DNA of 64,000 nt from Candidatus Poribacteria bacterium (GTDB lineage Bacteria; Poribacteria; WGA-4E; PCPOR2b): contig OZ242351.1 in assembly GCA_965208675.1 (NCBI GenBank), positions 1,760,001 through 1,824,000 on the forward strand, written 5' to 3'. Shown here in pieces: positions 58,556 to 64,000 of the stretch (its first letter is position 1; each line of letters starts with the position of its first letter). The notes beneath the pieces were generated by a model. It was not told the origin of the DNA. It ran no database searches and saw only the letters and a list, made by a program, of their open reading frames with translations. The position numbers were made by a program, and so were the translations under genes.

Positions 58556-59911
58556 TTAGGGCAGCAGAGATTCAGGAGCTTCGATTAGGCTTCGTAAATC
58601 GCCGAGGAATCGGGCGCAGGGCGCGCCGTCTATTGCACGGTGATCAAAGGTGAGAACCAGCGTTGCGCGGTCCCGTGCTACGATTGACTCGCCCTCAAAC
58701 ACCGCAACGCGGCGAACACGGCCGACGCCCAGAATAGCGCACTGCGGCGGGTTGAGGACAGGCGTAAACCAATCGACGCCCAATCCGCCGAGATTCGTGA
58801 CGGTAAAGGTACCATCCGCAAAGTCATTGGGCGCCAGTTTTCCGGTTCTAGCGCGCTCTGCGAGTTCCCGGACGCTGCTCGCAATCTTTACGACGTCGAG
58901 GTTGCCAGCGCCGCGAATTACAGGTACAACCAATCCGGCTTCAACGTCAATGGCGACCCCCAAGTTGATGTCGTGGTATTGGTGTATCGCGCCGTCAATA
59001 AGTGCTGCGTTAAGCTGGGGATGGAGTTTCAACGCTTCGACAGTGGCTTTCAATACGAAGTCGTTGATTGTCAGGGCGGCGCCGTACGCGTCGCGCCACA
59101 CGTCCGAATGGGCTGCCCGTGCGGATTGGATGGCGCTGAAATCCACTTCGATGCCTTCGGTGACGTGGGGCGCTTCAGACCAGTTTTTACCTAACCGTTC
59201 GGCGGTGGTACGCCGGATGCCTGCCAGCGGAATAACATCAACGCCATGGGTCGGAGGTTCGTCGACCGGCTTAGCCGCCTTGGGAGCGCCCGCATCTATT
59301 GCGCGCTGCACGTCTTCCTTAGTCACTCGTCCACCCGGACCCGTTCCACCCAACGCTCCTGCGTCAATGCCGTGCCGGTCTGCCAGCCGCTGCGCGACCG
59401 GCGTAACGCGAGACCGCACAGGGCGGTCCGCATCCGTGGGCTTAACCGCAGTTTGATCGGCTGTTTCCTTCACAGTGGGCACGCCAGAATCAATCGCACG
59501 CTGCACGTCTTCCTTAGTCACTCGTCCGCCCGGACCCGTTCCACCCAACGCTCCTGCGTCAATGCCGTGCCGGTCTGCCAGCCGCTGCGCGACCGGTGTA
59601 ACGTTCGACGCAGCTTGCCGATCGGCGACGGGCGCCTTGGGTTGCTCGACGGATTCTTCCGGCACCTTCTCACCTGCCTCGCCAATCCAAGCCAAGGTAT
59701 CACCGACGTCATATTCACGCTCGACCTCACCGACGAGCCTCAACAACACACCGCTGACAGGGGATTCAACATCGACAACAGCTTTGTCGGTCTCAATTGA
59801 CACGAGCAACTGTCCTTCCTCAATTGCGGCGCCCTCTGTTGCATGCCACTCGACGATACGCCCGGTATCCATGGTGTGGCCGAGCGCTGCTAAACGGAAC
59901 TGTATCGCCAT
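58556..59911 (-). CDS. Dihydrolipoamide acyltransferase E2 (AcoC-like) with two E3-binding domains
   Basis: Lipoyl ETDKA, duplicated TPVAQRLA..GTGPGGRVTKEDV, DHRAIDG. Confidence 0.93.
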   Translation of the reverse strand: MAIQFRLAALGHTMDTGRIVEWHATEGAAIEEGQLLVSIETDKAVVDVESPVSGVLLRLVGEVEREYDVGDTLAWIGEAGEKVPEESVEQPKAPVADRQAASNVTPVAQRLADRHGIDAGALGGTGPGGRVTKEDVQRAIDSGVPTVKETADQTAVKPTDADRPVRSRVTPVAQRLADRHGIDAGALGGTGPGGRVTKEDVQRAIDAGAPKAAKPVDEPPTHGVDVIPLAGIRRTTAERLGKNWSEAPHVTEGIEVDFSAIQSARAAHSDVWRDAYGAALTINDFVLKATVEALKLHPQLNAALIDGAIHQYHDINLGVAIDVEAGLVVPVIRGAGNLDVVKIASSVRELAERARTGKLAPNDFADGTFTVTNLGGLGVDWFTPVLNPPQCAILGVGRVRRVAVFEGESIVARDRATLVLTFDHRAIDGAPCARFLGDLRSLIEAPESLLP

Positions 59912-59927
59912 GAATCTCCCCTTCTCG

Positions 59928-60899
59928 CTAGGACATTACCTGCTCAACGGCTGCGGTGATATTCGGAACCTCAGGAACAACATGCTTGACAAGCGCGGCA
60001 CTGAACGGCATCGGTACGTGCGGGCTGCCAACCCGAACAACCGGCGCCTTTAAATCCCCGAAACAGTTTTCGCCAATCATCGCGGCAATCTCGGAAACTG
60101 AGCCCGCAAAGCTGGAATCCTCGCCGCAGACTACGGCTCGACCGGTCCGCCGCACCGACTCGCAAATCGTTTCGGTATCGAGCGGTGATAGGGTTCTCGG
60201 ATCAACGACCTCCACATCGTAGCCTTCATCTTCCAACAGCACCGCAGCTTCCAGCGACTTTTGTACCATTGGACCGACAGCGACGATGGTCGCGTCCTCG
60301 CCATCCCGCTTTATATCTGCCTGGCCGAACGGGATGGTGTACTCCCCCTCCGGCACCTCACCCTTAGAAGTGTACGTGCGCTTGTATTCGAAAAATAGCA
60401 CAGGATCCGGACTGCGCACGGCGGTCTTTAGCAAGCCCTTGCCGTCGCTCGGCGTTGACGGAACAGCAACCTGCACACCGGGAACGTGCATAAACCAGGA
60501 TTCCATAATTTGTGAGTGCTGCGCCGCTAGCAGCCGGCCGGCACCGCACGGTAGGCGAATGACCATCGGGACGTTTGCCTGACCGCCGGTCATGTAGCGC
60601 ATCTTGGCTGCTTGGTTGACTACTTCGTCCATAGCGCACGTAATGAAATCTAGGTACATAATCTCCACAACCGGGTGCATGCCAGCCATCGCTGCACCGA
60701 CGCCTACACCGACAATTCCTGCCTCTGCGATTGGAGTCTCGAAGATGCGCCCGGGAAATCGTTCTGCGATGCCTTGTGTAACCTTGTACGGACCGCCGTG
60801 CGTAATTACATCCTCGCCCATGACAAACACGGTGTCGTCACGTTCCATCTCCTCGTGCAGCGCCTCTCGCAACGCCTCGCCGAAAGTGATTGTTCTCAT
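59928..60899 (-). CDS. TPP-dependent dehydrogenase E1 beta (AcoB-like)
   Basis: MGEDV, TPIAE, NQAAK, QHSQ. Confidence 0.93.
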   Translation of the reverse strand: MRTITFGEALREALHEEMERDDTVFVMGEDVITHGGPYKVTQGIAERFPGRIFETPIAEAGIVGVGVGAAMAGMHPVVEIMYLDFITCAMDEVVNQAAKMRYMTGGQANVPMVIRLPCGAGRLLAAQHSQIMESWFMHVPGVQVAVPSTPSDGKGLLKTAVRSPDPVLFFEYKRTYTSKGEVPEGEYTIPFGQADIKRDGEDATIVAVGPMVQKSLEAAVLLEDEGYDVEVVDPRTLSPLDTETICESVRRTGRAVVCGEDSSFAGSVSEIAAMIGENCFGDLKAPVVRVGSPHVPMPFSAALVKHVVPEVPNITAAVEQVMS

Positions 60900-61879
60900 T
60901 ATCCCGCCTCCTGTGCTGGCGCCAAGACATCCGTAGTAACCTCGGCGGCGTCCGGAAACGGACTTTCATCGGCGAACTTCACGGCGTTTGCAATCTCGTC
61001 CTTCACCTCGTCTTGAATCGCGGTGTCCTCTTGGTCGGTCAGCCACTGCCGATCCGCCATTAATGCGCGCAGCGTTTTTATTGGGTCATGGTCAGTTCTC
61101 CAGGCTTCAACTTCCTCCAGCGTACGGTATTGTTGTTCGTCACCTAAACTGTGTCCATAGAACCGGTAGGTTCGCGCCTCGATTAACGTTGGCCCGCCGC
61201 TGCTGCGGGCACGATCGATTGCCTCGCGAGCGACTTCGTAAACTTCAATGGGGTCCTGTCCATTGACCGACACGCCCGGAATCGCATAGGCGCCAGCCAT
61301 ATCGGAAACCGAATCGAGCACAGCCACATTCATACGCGGCACCCACTGTTGGTATTGGTTGTTCTCGCAAACGTATACGACGGGAAGCTTCCACAAAGAT
61401 CCGAGCCCGATGCCCTCATGGAAAGTGCCGCGTGCAGCGGCACCGTCACCGAAAAAGCATACGGCTACCTGATCTGTCCCGCGCATCTTGCTGGCAAGCG
61501 CTGCGCCGGTGGCTGGTGCGATGCCGGCGCCGACAATGCCGTTGGCGCCGAGCATGTTAAGCGAGAAGTCCGCAATGTGCATTGAACCGCCTTTGCCGGC
61601 GCAGGTCCCCGTAGCTTTGCCATAGAGTTCAGCCATCATCTGCCGAGAATCAGCACCTTTAGCCAAACAGTGCCCGTGACTGCGGTGTGTGCCCAAGACG
61701 TAGTCATCCTTTCGCAAATTGGAACAAACGCCGACAGCGACAGCTTCCTCGCCGCAGTACATGTGAAGCGCACCCATCACGTTACCGAGATTAGTCTGGC
61801 GGTTTGCTTCCTCTTCGAAAAGCCGAATGCGCCACATATCTTTGTACATGGTCCGGCACAATTCCGCTGAAAGACTCAT
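60899..61879 (-). CDS. TPP-dependent dehydrogenase E1 alpha (AcoA-like)
   Basis: H.Y.GEEA, THRSHGH, GKGGSMH, GDGA...ENN, TYR..GH. Confidence 0.93.
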   Translation of the reverse strand: MSLSAELCRTMYKDMWRIRLFEEEANRQTNLGNVMGALHMYCGEEAVAVGVCSNLRKDDYVLGTHRSHGHCLAKGADSRQMMAELYGKATGTCAGKGGSMHIADFSLNMLGANGIVGAGIAPATGAALASKMRGTDQVAVCFFGDGAAARGTFHEGIGLGSLWKLPVVYVCENNQYQQWVPRMNVAVLDSVSDMAGAYAIPGVSVNGQDPIEVYEVAREAIDRARSSGGPTLIEARTYRFYGHSLGDEQQYRTLEEVEAWRTDHDPIKTLRALMADRQWLTDQEDTAIQDEVKDEIANAVKFADESPFPDAAEVTTDVLAPAQEAG

Positions 61880-61979
61880 AAATTAATCTCCTGGAGTCAA
61901 TATTGTAAAATAATTCTTCAAGCAACAAGGAGGAGCGGAAAAATTCTTCCCCTCCCCCCCTTATAACCCCGCATTCAAT

Positions 61980-62363
61980 TTACTCTGGAGCGCACCCTAC
62001 TGAAGCGTGGATTTGTACAAATCTCCAGCTTCCCTGCTCCTTCTCCAGCACGCCCGTCATACGCATCGAAAGTTTTTCAAATACGCCCTGCCAAGTCAAA
62101 CGCCACACCTGCCGTGTATAAAACCATGCGACGTTGCCGCGCTCTTGAACATCAAGATGTTCAAGAGCGATTGTGAAATCGGCCGCGCACGCGACGAGGT
62201 GTTTATAGTAATCAGCCGTGTTTTCGCCGCCTTCAACAAACTCGCCGGCTTCCGTCCCGATTTTCACATAGTAACTCGCGGAAGACATCATCTCTATAAG
62301 CCGAGGTGCATCTCTCGCGGTAAGCGCATTAAAGTAGCTTTTGACAGTGGCGTGTGCATCCAT
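61980..62363 (-). CDS. SnoaL/NTF2-like protein
   Basis: IGT..GE, R.TGVLEK..G.WRFVQ.H.S. Confidence 0.85.
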   Translation of the reverse strand: MDAHATVKSYFNALTARDAPRLIEMMSSASYYVKIGTEAGEFVEGGENTADYYKHLVACAADFTIALEHLDVQERGNVAWFYTRQVWRLTWQGVFEKLSMRMTGVLEKEQGSWRFVQIHASVGCAPE

Positions 62364-62505
62364 CTTGGCGCAGGAGGCTTAAGTCATCTCGCAGGCATTC
62401 GCGCACGTACGCCGCGGCAAATCAGGCAAAATTCGGCTGACACGGCATCCTGAACTTAGCGGCGAACACAGTGGAAATATCCGCCTCACACTGCAACACG
62501 TTTCG

Positions 62506-63912
62506 CTACGGGTTGTATCCCCGCTCGTTATGCTGCGTGAGGTCGAGACCTTCAAGTTCTTCGTCAAGATCGACACGCAACCCAATTGTAGCATCGATAA
62601 TCTTGAGGATGACGAAAGAGAGCACGCCCGAATAGATTAACGTAAACACAATGCTGATGAGTTGAGCCAAGATTTGCTTTCCGACGGTCACGCCTTCAGC
62701 AAGTCCGACGCCGCCCAATCCTTTTACGACAAACACGCCTGTCAACAAGCAACCGACAATCCCGCCGATGCCGTGGACGCCAAACGCATCCAGCGAATCA
62801 TCGTACCCAAGCGATTGCTTGAGGCTGGTAGCAGCCCAGAAACAGATTGCGCCTGATGCTATACCGATGACGAGTGCGCCAATTGGGCCAACGCTGCCGG
62901 AAGCGGGGGTAATCGCCACAAGGCCGGCTACGGCGCCGGTAACGATACCGAGTACGCTGGGTCTGCCGTGCCTTGCCCATTCGACGAACATCCAAGCTAG
63001 CGCCGCTGCCGCCGTCGAAATCTGAGTTACAAGCATGGCATTACCAGCCCCACCGTCAGCAGCTAACTGGCTGCCCGCGTTGAATCCAAACCAACCGACC
63101 CAGAGCATCGAAGCGCCAACCACCGTTAATGTTAAGCTGTGCGGCGGCATTGGCCTATCCGGATAACCGCGCCGTTTGCCGATTACAATCGCCGCAACGA
63201 GTGCGGCAATTCCGGCGTTGATGTGCACCACCGTTCCGCCGGCGAAATCGAGCGCGCCCAATATACCCCCGAAGAAAGAACCGGGACCGCTCCAAGCCAT
63301 GTGGCACAGCGGCGCATATACGATGATTGACCATATTCCCATAAACCAGAGCATCGCAGAAAACTTCATCCGTTCTGCAAATGCCCCCGCAATAAGTGCG
63401 GGCGTGATTATGGCAAAGGTCATCTGGAACATAACAAAGACATTTTCCGGAATACTGCCGGATAGGGTGTCCGGCAATACGCCTTGGAGAAAAACCTTGC
63501 TAAAGCCTCCCACAAATGAATGGAGGTTGACTGTTCCTTCTTTCATACCCGTGGTGTCAAATGCCAAACTGTAGTTACACACCAGCCATAAAATGGTCAT
63601 CAGTCCGGTCAACGAAAAACACTGCATCAATACCGACAGGACATTTTTCGTGCGCACTAGGCCTCCGTAGAAAAGCGCAAGACCGGGAATCGTCATGAAC
63701 AGTACGAGTGCAGTTGAAGTGAGCATCCAGGCTGTGTCGCCCGAATCGAGGCCATCGTCTGCCAACGCAATCGTCGGCATAGCTAGCAAGGTTAGTGCAA
63801 ATAGCACCGCCAAGCCGATTCTATGTTTGCCTAGACCTGAAAGCCTTTCTTGTTTATTTTGGAATTTCATAAATTCTGATGCATCCTGTTGCATCGTAGA
63901 CCTCCATTTCAA
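62506..63912 (-). CDS. amtB: Ammonium transporter
   Basis: GDTAW, PGLALFYGG, FQMTFA, DFAGGTVVH, GWFGFNAGS, DD.LD.FG.HG; true start possibly 63870. Confidence 0.96.
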   Translation of the reverse strand: MKWRSTMQQDASEFMKFQNKQERLSGLGKHRIGLAVLFALTLLAMPTIALADDGLDSGDTAWMLTSTALVLFMTIPGLALFYGGLVRTKNVLSVLMQCFSLTGLMTILWLVCNYSLAFDTTGMKEGTVNLHSFVGGFSKVFLQGVLPDTLSGSIPENVFVMFQMTFAIITPALIAGAFAERMKFSAMLWFMGIWSIIVYAPLCHMAWSGPGSFFGGILGALDFAGGTVVHINAGIAALVAAIVIGKRRGYPDRPMPPHSLTLTVVGASMLWVGWFGFNAGSQLAADGGAGNAMLVTQISTAAAALAWMFVEWARHGRPSVLGIVTGAVAGLVAITPASGSVGPIGALVIGIASGAICFWAATSLKQSLGYDDSLDAFGVHGIGGIVGCLLTGVFVVKGLGGVGLAEGVTVGKQILAQLISIVFTLIYSGVLSFVILKIIDATIGLRVDLDEELEGLDLTQHNERGYNP

Positions 63913-64000
63913 ATTGGATGTTGGGTGTACTGAAAAACTGAATACGGCAATAGAATAGCGTGATTCTGGAATGCGTTCGGCGCAAAGGAATTATGTTAAC

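Overview
Bacterial chromosomal window, most likely Candidatus Poribacteria. This is inferred from secreted WD40 proteins ending in an 'LLQNYPNPFNPETWIPY' FlgD-Ig/T9SS-like domain, a LamG protein with an 'AV.P....WG.IK' tail, and FRG-TPR proteins; it was not verified by a search. 1-13.4 kb is an accessory tract of + strand genes separated by mosaics of short repeats. It holds a WD40 protein, a His-rich lipoprotein, two paralogous secreted proteins with matching promoters, an AlbA_2 gene cut by an IS3, a gene remnant, and a stand-alone TerS-like/TerL terminase pair with its own sigma70 promoter and no portal or capsid gene nearby. 13.7-48.7 kb is mostly - strand core and envelope genes: NYN protein, UDP-sugar dehydrogenase, split ADP-heptose genes, coaD, a catalytically dead tyrosine-recombinase fold, VWA/WD40/LamG proteins, a 1968-aa CBM surface protein, a Bat operon without MoxR, and a rhodanese-MoeB with an in-frame UGA plus SECIS hairpin (probable selenoprotein). 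48.9-58.5 kb contains a tandem array of composite repeats and a defence-like island: a type IIG-like methyltransferase, then an FRG-TPR protein with an antitoxin-like tail coupled to a Doc toxin. The window ends with an acoABC-like dehydrogenase, a SnoaL protein and amtB. No rRNA, tRNA or CRISPR array was recognised.
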